Shown piece after piece: positions 9,273 to 17,657 of a stretch of 64,000 nucleotides of DNA (position 1 is its first letter; each line of letters opens with the position of its first letter). The notes under the pieces are model-generated. The model was not told the origin of the DNA, ran no database searches, and was given only the letters and a program-made list of their open reading frames with translations. Both the position numbers and the translations under genes were made by a program. This DNA comes from Dehalococcoidia bacterium (GTDB lineage Bacteria > Chloroflexota > Dehalococcoidia > Lucifugimonadales > Lucifugimonadaceae): NCBI GenBank assembly GCA_965261995.1, contig CBDHEH010000001.1:6036-70035 (forward strand), given 5' to 3'.

Positions 9273-10091
9273 ATGGGTATCGTGTATGTCCTGACCAACC
9301 CCGCTATGGAAGGGCTGGTCAAGATTGGCAAAACCAGTCGATCAGCCTTAGAGAATCGTATGGGCGCACTCTATTCGACAGGAGTGCCGTTTCCGTTCAA
9401 TTGCGAAATCGCGGTTGAGGTTGATGACGATACAACTGTTGAGAGTGCCCTGCACAAAGCGTTTGACAAGTATAGAGTCAACCCTCGACGCGAGTTCTTT
9501 GAGGTCGATCCTGAACACATCAAGCCCTTGATTGCCTTGATGGGGAAGGAAATATCGCTAGATATTGATGCTGTGGACATTGATCCTGAATCGCAAGAAG
9601 CTGGTGATGACTATCAGCGCAAAAGGGCAACGCCGTCGCATTTTGAGTTCTTGGATCCTTTAGCCGAGGACCTCGACGATAGATATGGCATCCGTATACG
9701 CAGGCGCCGCAAAAAACAACCCCATTGGGATTTCCACTCTGGTGTCAAAGACATTCGGTACAACATCGGATTCCACTACGACGGTCTCAAAGTGCGTGTG
9801 CGATTATCGTTCCACCGGCGTGATGTTGAATTCAACCGGAAGTTATTCGATCGAATCAGTCCACGCCGATCGGAGATCGAAAACGCATTAGGCGAAGATT
9901 TGGAGTGGGAACGTGTTACCCGCTTCAAAAATAGCATGATAACGGCTTATGCTCCCGGCTCATTGGACGGCTCTGAAGATGAACTGGAAGACGCTAGAAC
10001 TTGGCTAGTGTCAACCACAGTTAAATTCAACGAAGTATTCGGGCCGCTTCTGGAAAAACTGGTGCCGCAGGTGGAAACCGAGTTAAGTTAG
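9273..10091 (+). CDS. GIY-YIG/T5orf172 (MUG113-like) domain protein with a DUF4268-like C-terminal domain
   Basis: The N-terminus GIVYVLTNPAMEGLVKIGKTS...RMGALYSTGVPFPF...FDKYRVNPRREFFEV is T5orf172-like. The C-terminal LEWERVTRFKNSMI region is DUF4268-like. A GGAGGA SD sits 7 nt upstream. Confidence 0.7.
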   Translation: MGIVYVLTNPAMEGLVKIGKTSRSALENRMGALYSTGVPFPFNCEIAVEVDDDTTVESALHKAFDKYRVNPRREFFEVDPEHIKPLIALMGKEISLDIDAVDIDPESQEAGDDYQRKRATPSHFEFLDPLAEDLDDRYGIRIRRRRKKQPHWDFHSGVKDIRYNIGFHYDGLKVRVRLSFHRRDVEFNRKLFDRISPRRSEIENALGEDLEWERVTRFKNSMITAYAPGSLDGSEDELEDARTWLVSTTVKFNEVFGPLLEKLVPQVETELS

Positions 10092-10117
10092 CGTCACATC
10101 ACAACTACTTATGGTTC

Positions 10118-10155
10118 CCCCTCACCCTAACCCTCTCCCGCAAAGGGCGGAGGAT
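10118..10155. repeat. REP-like repeat, family A copy (right arm degenerate)
   Basis: CCCCTCACCCTAACCCTCTCCCGCAAAGGGCGGAGG, between the convergent stops of the 9273 gene and vapC. Confidence 0.75.
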
Positions 10156-10174
10156 GTGTTGTGGGGTTTCGGAC

Positions 10175-10579
10175 CTAAATTGTGAGCAGTTCCAAGTTTG
10201 GGATGCCATCAAAATCGTTGTCGTCCGCGACCAAGGGACAATTTAGCAGGAGCGCCGTGGCGGCAATCCATGCGTCGGCTAGGTGTAATCTCCGTCCTCG
10301 TTGCTCACGTTGAGCGCGAATACGAGCCGCAATCTCGACCAATTCGGAGTTTGGCCAGATAACCGTGTATTGGCCTAGGTGGGCCGTCAACTCGTTCATT
10401 CGGCGCCCCTCCCAGCCGGCAAGATACGCCCCATACAACCGCTCTTCCAGCGTCTGGAACGAGATGAACGCTCTATTGCCTTCCAGGAATTCTGCGTACG
10501 CGTTCGATTTCATCCGATCGTTGAACAGGATGGACACCACACTTGTGTCAACCACGACCAACGCCGATTCTGCGTTCAT
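10175..10579 (-). CDS. vapC: PIN-domain ribonuclease toxin (VapC family)
   Basis: 134 aa. VVVDTSVV (first acidic residue), a C-terminal LVADDNDFDGI, and ADAWIAATAL fit the PIN fold. Confidence 0.85.
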   Translation of the reverse strand: MNAESALVVVDTSVVSILFNDRMKSNAYAEFLEGNRAFISFQTLEERLYGAYLAGWEGRRMNELTAHLGQYTVIWPNSELVEIAARIRAQREQRGRRLHLADAWIAATALLLNCPLVADDNDFDGIPNLELLTI

Positions 10580-11229
10580 GTATCCCGTCTGCCCTTGCGA
10601 ATTATCTCGTTGAACTTATCAACGTCGAAAGGTTCGCTGGCTACAACGACGTTGTCGCGGCGGAATACCTTAGGGTTTGGATCGTTCAAAACAGCATCCA
10701 AATCGAATGGTTCGGTCCGAGAATGAGTTTGACTTTTTCGTTCGGCATCGGTTTTGACGTTCGTCGTTTTTTCTGAGCGTCGGATTTCGATGGATTGACT
10801 GTTGCTCGGCGAAGTGATTATTACGACATCTACATCGTCCGACAGACCTTTACCGATTTCGTCGATTTCAGCTTTGAAGGTTGCAGACATTTTGACAGTC
10901 CCTCCGCCGGAACCATTGGTGAGATGAAACAGTGCCTGCACAGCCCTCGCGTTTGGCTGGTCCAGGGGGGTATAGAAATAAGGGTTGGGTGACAGCTCCC
11001 ACTCGGTGGTCGCCGAGCCTTCGGAACCACCAACTAAACGTAGTTTGGTTGGTTCAATCACAGGTCGCGCTGAGTGACCCAATGAAGATTCAGTGCCCTC
11101 GGAATCCCGAACCAACATACTGATTGCGCGTTGAAGATGCGAGATAGTACTCGCTAAATCTTCGAACGACACACCTTGTTCGTCGATCGACGGACCCTCA
11201 AAGGTCAATCTGAGTTTGTTCTCGTGCAA
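10576..11229 (-). CDS. Hypothetical protein translationally coupled to vapC (atypically large putative antitoxin/partner)
   Basis: 217 aa. TTG start with an AGGAA SD 6 nt upstream. Its stop overlaps the vapC ATG (ATGA). The C-terminus carries a duplicated EPFD[LV]D motif. No family recognised. Confidence 0.55.
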   Translation of the reverse strand: MHENKLRLTFEGPSIDEQGVSFEDLASTISHLQRAISMLVRDSEGTESSLGHSARPVIEPTKLRLVGGSEGSATTEWELSPNPYFYTPLDQPNARAVQALFHLTNGSGGGTVKMSATFKAEIDEIGKGLSDDVDVVIITSPSNSQSIEIRRSEKTTNVKTDAERKSQTHSRTEPFDLDAVLNDPNPKVFRRDNVVVASEPFDVDKFNEIIRKGRRDT

Positions 11230-11352
11230 CCAGCGTTCCTATTGATCAATCGCGTCCTTGAAATCTACTGTAATTGACCATCAGGTTCTGCGCCCGATTT
11301 CAGATCTGCGTTGACAAGACGCGACGATTGGTCTCTAATCATCCGTGTCCGC

Positions 11353-12327
11353 TTAGTAGCCGGCAACTTTGTCGCATTCGTAGATGAAGGGTTGGTTGGC
11401 TAGGTATCGGCGGAGGTTTTCTTTGAAGACTTCTCGGCGACCGAGGTACATGTCGGGGACTAGGGCTGAGGCGTGGGGGGAGAAGATGATGTTGGGGGTG
11501 GTCCAGAGGAGGGAGTCAGGTTCTGGGGGTTCGGGTGCCATGGCGTCTAGGCCGGCGCCGGCTAGTTTTCCGGCTCGGATGGCTTCGCACATGGCTTGTT
11601 CGTCGACGATGCCGCCTCGGGAGATGATGATGATGTGTGCGGTTGGTTTCATGAGGGCGATGCGGCGTTTGTCGATGGAGTTCATCGTTTCGTTGGTGTA
11701 TGGTGCGGCGACTACGAACCAGTCGGACATTGCGATGAGGTCGTCGAGTTTTTCTAGGCCCCAGACTTCTTCTGCATGTTCGGAAGGTCGGGGTGATTTG
11801 TCGACGGCGCAGACGTTCATGTCGAATCCCGATGCGCGTTTGGCTACACGTCGTCCGATGTTTCCGAAGCCGTAGATGCCGAGGGTTGCGCCTTCAAGTT
11901 CGATCTGGCGCCATTTGTAGGTATCGGGTAGCCACTCTCGGGCCATTTGTTGGGGGAGCATCTCGTTCAGGCGTTGGGCGAGCGAGGTGATGAGTGCGAA
12001 GACGTGTGTGGCCATGGGGCTGACGTGGGAGTCGCGGGAGTTGGTGACGGGGATGTCGGACTCGATGAGTTCCGGGATCTTCATGATGCCGTCGATGCCG
12101 GTTCCGGCGCAGTGTATCCACTTGAGGTTTTTGGCGGCGAGGAAGACTTTGCGTGTGGGCCATCCACAGTAGGCGTCAGCGTCTTCGATGGCGATGAGTT
12201 GATCTTCCTCGGTTTCGCACAATATGAAGTTGACTTCGGGGAATGTTGCTTCGAGGTCGCGGAGGACGGCGTCATCGGGTTCGCCGGGGGCTACGCCGCC
12301 GGGCATTGGGGTGACTATGACTTTCAT
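11353..12327 (-). CDS. D-isomer-specific 2-hydroxyacid dehydrogenase family (NAD-binding)
   Basis: GIYGFGNIGRRVAKRA Rossmann motif, ...RGGIVDE..., ...FSPHASA. The ATG at 12327 (MKVIVTP) has an AAGGA SD. The track ORF extends to 12402. Confidence 0.85.
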   Translation of the reverse strand: MKVIVTPMPGGVAPGEPDDAVLRDLEATFPEVNFILCETEEDQLIAIEDADAYCGWPTRKVFLAAKNLKWIHCAGTGIDGIMKIPELIESDIPVTNSRDSHVSPMATHVFALITSLAQRLNEMLPQQMAREWLPDTYKWRQIELEGATLGIYGFGNIGRRVAKRASGFDMNVCAVDKSPRPSEHAEEVWGLEKLDDLIAMSDWFVVAAPYTNETMNSIDKRRIALMKPTAHIIIISRGGIVDEQAMCEAIRAGKLAGAGLDAMAPEPPEPDSLLWTTPNIIFSPHASALVPDMYLGRREVFKENLRRYLANQPFIYECDKVAGY

Positions 12328-12495
12328 GGCGGGGAATCCTTTGACTAGAGATAGGAGGGATTTGTTGATATGTAATTTAGCAGGTAGAGCGGTAGACGTC
12401 ATGTGTGATCGGATTTGTGAGATTTAACGGCACGAGCCCCCTTTGTCCGGCGGACATTTCCCCCGCGACCGGGGGCAACCCTGCTGCCCGTCACC

Positions 12496-12969
12496 CTATG
12501 GCCGTCGCGCGGTGCCTTCTTTGACTCGCATCCACTCGTCGTGCGGAGGGACTGGTTCGCCGATGACGTAGAGGAGGAAGTAGCTTCCGGTGTCGCCGAG
12601 GAATTTGAACTGCTTTTTCAAGTCTTTGACGGCGGCGTAGAAGTCGCCGTGGGAGCGGAGGTAGTTGCGGAAGTCGCCGTGCTCGGCGTCGAGTTGGATG
12701 ATGCGTTGTGCGTTGTGGACGATGGCGGCGAGTTTGCGGCGGTTTCGGATGACGCGAGTGTCGTGTGCAAGTTCGTCTAACTCCTCTTCGGAGAGGGCCG
12801 CTACTCTTCCGATTTCGAAGTTTTGGAATGCTTCGTTGGTGTCGGGCCATTGGGCGTTGACGACTTGCCAAGACATGCCGCTCTGGAAAACGGCTTTGGA
12901 CATGACCTCGAGGTAGTCGTCAAGGGATTGGAATTGGACTTGGGGAGGAGCGCCTTTTTCGTTGGGCAT
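12496..12969 (-). CDS. tag: DNA-3-methyladenine glycosylase I
   Basis: YLEVMSKAVFQSGMSWQVVNAQW...FQNFE...IRNRRKL...FKFLGDTGSYFLL matches the Adenine_glyco family. ATG 12969 is chosen because the longer ORF would overlap the divergent thiolase gene. Confidence 0.85.
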   Translation of the reverse strand: MPNEKGAPPQVQFQSLDDYLEVMSKAVFQSGMSWQVVNAQWPDTNEAFQNFEIGRVAALSEEELDELAHDTRVIRNRRKLAAIVHNAQRIIQLDAEHGDFRNYLRSHGDFYAAVKDLKKQFKFLGDTGSYFLLYVIGEPVPPHDEWMRVKEGTARRP

Positions 12970-13111
12970 TTGATGGTTCTTGCTGGCGGAATAGTGGGCG
13001 AGGCGGTGAGGTTTGGTGGGCGGTTCAAGTTTACATATGGGATTGCGCGGGTAAAATGCTTGTTGCGCATATGCCGCATGACGACGACGTGAACCGAGTT
13101 GGACTTCAATC

Positions 13112-14275
13112 ATGCCAAACATCAATAAGCTGAAAGCACTTTCCGGTCAATCCGCAATCGTGGGCGTAGCCGAATCTGATCAGATCGGGAACGTGCCGGA
13201 CAAATCGCCGTTGGCGCACCATGCCGAGGCGGCTATCAATGCGCTGGACGATGCGGGGCTATCGCTTTCGGACGTCGATGGGTTGATGACGGCGGGATGG
13301 TCGACGTTGGACGTGGCGGAGTATCTGGGGATACAACCGAGGTTTACGGATAGCACTTCAGTCGGCGGCTCGTCGTTTGTTATTCACATCGCCCACGCGA
13401 TCGCGGCGATTCAAGCCGGGTACTGCGAGGTGGCGTTGATTACCCATGGTCAGTCGGGTAGGAGCGATCGTTCACCCGCAGCGCCGAATCTGGGTACGCC
13501 ACAGAACCAGTATGAGCGTCCGTACGGGATCATTGGTCCGCCGGTGTCGTATGCGATGGCTGCACGTCGCTACATGCACGAGTATGGCGAGGAACGGACA
13601 CGGGAGGCGATGGCGAACATTGCGGTGTCGACTCGCAAGTGGGCCAACATGAACGATAAGGCGTATTTCTACGACCGTCCGGCGACGTTCGATGATTACC
13701 ACGATTCTCGTTGGATCGTGTGGCCGTTCCATCTTCTGGACTGTTGCCTAGTGACGGATGCGGGCGCGGCGATTGTGGTGACGACTGCCGAGCGGGCGAA
13801 GGACTGTGCGAAGGGTGGAGTCGCGATATTGGGTGCGGCTGAGGGTCACGACCACTCGATGATTTCGCAGATGCCGGATCTGACGCGGGCGTTCGGTCGA
13901 AACACGGGCAAGCAGGCGCTGGATATGGCGGGTGTGTCGCACTCGGATCTGGACTTGATGATGATCTACGACTCCTTCACGTACACGGTGTTGGTTTCCT
14001 TGGAGAATCTCGGGTTCTGTGCGCCGGGTGAGGGTCCGGACTTGGTGGCTAACCAGCGGACGGCGCCGGGCGGCGATTTCCCGGTGAATACGTCTGGTGG
14101 TGGTTTGTCGTACACGCACCCCGGGATGTACGGGATATTTACCGTCGTCGAGGCGGTTCGGCAGTTGCGTGGCGAGACTGGCGAGCGGCAGTTGGACGAC
14201 TGCGACTTGGCGGTGGCGCACGGGACTGGCGGGTATCTGTCGTCGACGGGGACGGTGATCTTGTCGGCGCCTTAG
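13112..14275 (+). CDS. Thiolase-like protein (SCP-x / lipid-transfer type)
   Basis: 387 aa. AIVGVAESDQIG, ...DGLMTAG, and the C-terminal NTSGGGLSYTHPGMYG...VAHGTGG are typical of DUF35-partnered thiolases. Confidence 0.85.
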   Translation: MPNINKLKALSGQSAIVGVAESDQIGNVPDKSPLAHHAEAAINALDDAGLSLSDVDGLMTAGWSTLDVAEYLGIQPRFTDSTSVGGSSFVIHIAHAIAAIQAGYCEVALITHGQSGRSDRSPAAPNLGTPQNQYERPYGIIGPPVSYAMAARRYMHEYGEERTREAMANIAVSTRKWANMNDKAYFYDRPATFDDYHDSRWIVWPFHLLDCCLVTDAGAAIVVTTAERAKDCAKGGVAILGAAEGHDHSMISQMPDLTRAFGRNTGKQALDMAGVSHSDLDLMMIYDSFTYTVLVSLENLGFCAPGEGPDLVANQRTAPGGDFPVNTSGGGLSYTHPGMYGIFTVVEAVRQLRGETGERQLDDCDLAVAHGTGGYLSSTGTVILSAP

Positions 14276-14318
14276 GTCGGCGTAACAGTCGTTGAAAAAT
14301 CAACCGTAGAATGGGTGC

Positions 14319-15599
14319 ATGTCAGAAGGTGACGTGCCCCCGGATGGGGATTTAACTGATCGCGACCCTCAGTTCGTAGAGCGGATTCGGCGCGAGATCG
14401 AAGTTTGGCGGACCGAGGGGATTATTTCGTCGGAGGTTGCGGAGACCCTTGCTGGTCGTTACGGGGTAGCGGCAGATGATGGGCGTCCGTTCGCGTTGAA
14501 TCGACTTTCAGCGGCGATTGTGATCTTTGGGGCGATCTTGGTTGGGCTTGGCATCATCGCGGTGTTGGCGGCGAATTGGGATGCCATATCTGATGTGGCG
14601 AAGATCGGGTTGATGGTGGCTGCGTCGACGACTGCGTATGTTGCCGGTTGGTTGCTGGCGTACCGTTTTGAAACGCCACGCACTGGAATCGCGCTTATCC
14701 TGCTTGGGGCGATCATCTATGGCGCGTCGATCCACTTAATTGCTCAAGCATTCAACGTCGAAGTGAACCATCCATTGCTGATGCCGGCATGGTTCCTCGG
14801 TGTGGTACCGATTGCTTATGTCACTCGCTCGGTTGCGATTTTGGTGCTGTCGCTGATCTTGTTGCTCGTATCGCTTGGCTTCCGTATGCAGGTTTGGTTC
14901 GACGAGGAGTTTGCGAACTCCGATGAGGGCGCGGTGTTCATGTTGGTGGTGGCAGCATACGTTTTGTTTGGTGCGGTATTGTTCGCTCTGGGACGCTTAC
15001 ATGCGAGATGGGGCTCCTATCAACACTTCGCCCGTTACTTTGATGTGTTCGGAATCGGAACCGCGGCGGTCGGCACGTATGCATTGAGTTTCGCGTCGGC
15101 GTGGAGAACCATCGATCGCGTCGCGCTGCGAGATTTTGAGCCGGAGTTTTGGATCACTTTCGTGGTTGTGGTGACGGTGGCGACGCTTGCTTTGGCGGTG
15201 GCGTATAAACGCCGCGAAACCGGTGCAGACGATTCGGTGCGTTGGCTATGGATCGCGTCGGGCACTATCGTGATGGTCGGCATCGCGATCACTACTTGGA
15301 TCGCGTTGATCGCGTACGCGTCATGGTTCTGGATTCCCGTCAACGTGATCATTTTGATCAGCATCATCGCGATGTTGACGGCTGGTTTCCGGTTCAATCG
15401 GGCGTATCTGGTCAATACGGCGTTCATTATGTTCGGCGTTACTGTGATGACGCGATATTTCGAGTTCGGGTTCGATCTGCTTGATCAAGGGTTGGCGTTC
15501 ATCGTTACGGGCATTTTGCTGCTGGCGATCGGGTTCGGGCTCGAGCGACTGCGGCGCGGCATGATACGCGATATGCGCGAACGGGTACCTGCGCCATGA
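14319..15599 (+). CDS. Polytopic membrane protein, DUF2157/DUF4401-like
   Basis: 426 aa with a cytoplasmic N-terminal helix region and about 10 hydrophobic spans. It overlaps the downstream GDYXXLXY gene by 4 nt, which is the usual partnership. Confidence 0.65.
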   Translation: MSEGDVPPDGDLTDRDPQFVERIRREIEVWRTEGIISSEVAETLAGRYGVAADDGRPFALNRLSAAIVIFGAILVGLGIIAVLAANWDAISDVAKIGLMVAASTTAYVAGWLLAYRFETPRTGIALILLGAIIYGASIHLIAQAFNVEVNHPLLMPAWFLGVVPIAYVTRSVAILVLSLILLLVSLGFRMQVWFDEEFANSDEGAVFMLVVAAYVLFGAVLFALGRLHARWGSYQHFARYFDVFGIGTAAVGTYALSFASAWRTIDRVALRDFEPEFWITFVVVVTVATLALAVAYKRRETGADDSVRWLWIASGTIVMVGIAITTWIALIAYASWFWIPVNVIILISIIAMLTAGFRFNRAYLVNTAFIMFGVTVMTRYFEFGFDLLDQGLAFIVTGILLLAIGFGLERLRRGMIRDMRERVPAP

Positions 15600-16102
15600 A
15601 TCGCATCCTGACGATCGTTTTCTTCGCTGTCGTTGCCGTGCAGATGATCGGGTTGGTGACGTTGGCCGCGGTTAAGCAGTATGTCGTCAGTTCGGGAACG
15701 GAGGTTGTTTTGCAGGGGGCGCCGGTTGATCCGCGGTCGCTGATGCAGGGGGACTACGCGATTCTTGACTATGAGATTGCGGACATACCGGAAGACAGGA
15801 AAACGGATTTCGCGCCTGGGGGCGAAGTGATTGTCGTGTTGGTAAAACGAGATGAGGTCTGGGTAGCGTCTCGGTATTTGGGCGATGACCGCGTGCCGAG
15901 GCGGAACGGTGAGGTCTTCATTCGCGGTCAGATGCAGTCAAGTGGGAGGATCGATCTTGGGATCGGAACGTATTTCGTGCCGGAAGGAACCGGGCGGGAG
16001 ATTGAACGAGCGAGGGATTTGAAGATTCGTGTTTCGGTAAGTGATAACGGGGATGCGACGGTAACAGGTGTGATCGTGGATGGGGAGGACTTTGCACCTT
16101 AA
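15596..16102 (+). CDS. GDYXXLXY-domain protein
   Basis: 168 aa with an N-terminal TM helix and the literal motif GDYAILDY (MQGDYAILDYEI). Confidence 0.8.
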   Translation: MNRILTIVFFAVVAVQMIGLVTLAAVKQYVVSSGTEVVLQGAPVDPRSLMQGDYAILDYEIADIPEDRKTDFAPGGEVIVVLVKRDEVWVASRYLGDDRVPRRNGEVFIRGQMQSSGRIDLGIGTYFVPEGTGREIERARDLKIRVSVSDNGDATVTGVIVDGEDFAP

Positions 16103-16133
16103 TCCATTGACAGCAGTGGGAGAGTAGATCGGG

Positions 16134-16760
16134 ATGGATATTTGGTCTCGGCCAGTTGGTCGATTGACCGGCGTTGTGGTTGCGACGGTCAGCGTACCAG
16201 TTGCGATTATCGGGATTGTCGCCGTCGGTTCATTAGTAGCTGGGAAGTTGCCGGATGTTTTCGATTCGCTTCGTGGACCGGAGATGATCTCGGAGCGTTT
16301 TCCGCGGGAATGCCTCGAGCAAATGGGCGATTTGACCCCGCAGAGTGGTGATGTCGCTTGGTCGATCGTTTGGCTCGGGTCGGAAGAAGAATTGACAGCT
16401 TGCAACCAGACCTTGGACCCGGAAGGGTACGAAGCATCGCTAAACCCTGATAGCTGGAAAACCGTCGCTGGTCTCCGAATGGAATTCCACGAATCGGACG
16501 AATTTGAGCCGCCGTCATTTGAGGAACTACCCTTGCCTGAAGAGTGTGTCGGGTTGTACAACGTTGAATCGCAATGGGACGAAGACAGTTCGATGTGGGT
16601 GTTCGCATTCGAAGGGACGTATGAGGACTTTCTTGTCTGCAATCGAGCGATGTTCAGCGATGCGCTCAACGACCCGGCGTCGACTATCTATTCGATTGCA
16701 TATCGCGGCGTCGATTTAGTGGGTGGTTTTCGTTTCGTCACCCCTACGCCGACGCCTTAA
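16134..16760 (+). CDS. Hypothetical membrane-anchored, acidic, Cys-containing protein
   Basis: 208 aa. N-terminal TM LTGVVVATVSVPVAIIGIVAVGSLVAG and a C-terminal TPTPTP. No family recognised. Confidence 0.5.
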   Translation: MDIWSRPVGRLTGVVVATVSVPVAIIGIVAVGSLVAGKLPDVFDSLRGPEMISERFPRECLEQMGDLTPQSGDVAWSIVWLGSEEELTACNQTLDPEGYEASLNPDSWKTVAGLRMEFHESDEFEPPSFEELPLPEECVGLYNVESQWDEDSSMWVFAFEGTYEDFLVCNRAMFSDALNDPASTIYSIAYRGVDLVGGFRFVTPTPTP

Positions 16761-16823
16761 CCACGAAAGCAGAAACCCCGCGATAATGACGGTGGAGATT
16801 ACCGCGAAGGAAAGGTACTGGCG

Positions 16824-16940
16824 ATGGATCAATCTAAATTGGCGCAGGTTTTGCGACTCGTTGGAGTAATTGTTGCGCTTGCCGCCACGTTGGGTACTAT
16901 CGCCGTCATACTCGGGATTTTCGCCATCGCTGGCGGTTGA
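16824..16940 (+). CDS. Candidate 38-aa single-TM micropeptide
   Basis: Below the track cutoff. MDQSKLAQVLRLVGVIVALAATLGTIAVILGIFAIAGG, with an AAGGAAAGG SD ending 8 nt upstream of the ATG. Confidence 0.3.
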   Translation: MDQSKLAQVLRLVGVIVALAATLGTIAVILGIFAIAGG

Positions 16941-17072
16941 TTGGGTTTCGTTGCTGGCATCGGATTCGGTTCGGCGGCGTAATCTGATACGTCGTGAAAG
17001 GCGATGCGCGGTTACAATCTACTCACGACTTGACGCCTCTGAATGCGACCTTTTCTGCGGAGGGAACCCACG

Positions 17073-17492
17073 ATGACGACTGATGCGCCTGCACGACCCG
17101 AACCGGTATCGCAACCGGAATCTGACCGCTATTGGGAAGGGGCTCGTAATGGAGAGCTTTGGTTGCAGCGGGACAAGGTGACGGGCGAATTTCAGTTCTA
17201 TCCGCGGGCTTTCAGTTTGGCGACGCCGGGCGGCGAGGTTGAGTGGGTGAAGGCTTCGGGGAATGCGACGTTGCACACGTTCGGCATCGTTCACATCCCG
17301 CCGCACCCTGGTTTCATGGGCGAAGTGCCGTATATTGCGGCGATTGTGGAGTTGGAGGAGGGGCCGAGGATGGCGGCGAACATCGTGGGCGTGGATCCGG
17401 AGCCGGAGAATCTGGGCATCGGTATGGCGCTCAAGGTCGTGTTCACGAAGATCAGCGACGACTACACGCTGCCGAATTTCACGCCGGCTTGA
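17073..17492 (+). CDS. Zn-ribbon/OB-fold protein (DUF35), thiolase partner
   Basis: YWEGARNGELWLQRDKVTGEFQFYPR...ASGNATLHTFGIVH...YIAAIVELEEGPRM. ATG 17073 has a GGAGGG SD. Confidence 0.85.
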   Translation: MTTDAPARPEPVSQPESDRYWEGARNGELWLQRDKVTGEFQFYPRAFSLATPGGEVEWVKASGNATLHTFGIVHIPPHPGFMGEVPYIAAIVELEEGPRMAANIVGVDPEPENLGIGMALKVVFTKISDDYTLPNFTPA

Positions 17493-17530
17493 TGCCCTTT
17501 GGGGCGGCGCCCTACTAATCCCCCCAGATG

Positions 17531-17560
17531 GGGAAGGGCTAGGGTTCGAGGGAGAGGGGA
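17531..17560. repeat. REP-like repeat related to family A, inverted orientation
   Basis: GGGAAGGGCTAGGGTTCGAGGGAGAGGGG is the reverse complement of a CCCCTCTCCC...CCCTAGCCC-type unit. It lies just after the DUF35 stop. Confidence 0.6.
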
Positions 17561-17657
17561 TAAGAATCCCCGGTTCTCGGTTCGCATCTTACGTGTTGCA
17601 CAATTTAGGTATTGTTGCGCTTCGATTTTTCGCCGCGCTTGATCCGAGGAATCCGAC

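Noticed and set aside
15938-16669. 243-aa minus-strand ORF.
   Set aside because: It is antisense to the GDYXXLXY gene and the 208-aa anchored-protein gene. It is Ser/Thr/Pro-rich with no motif.
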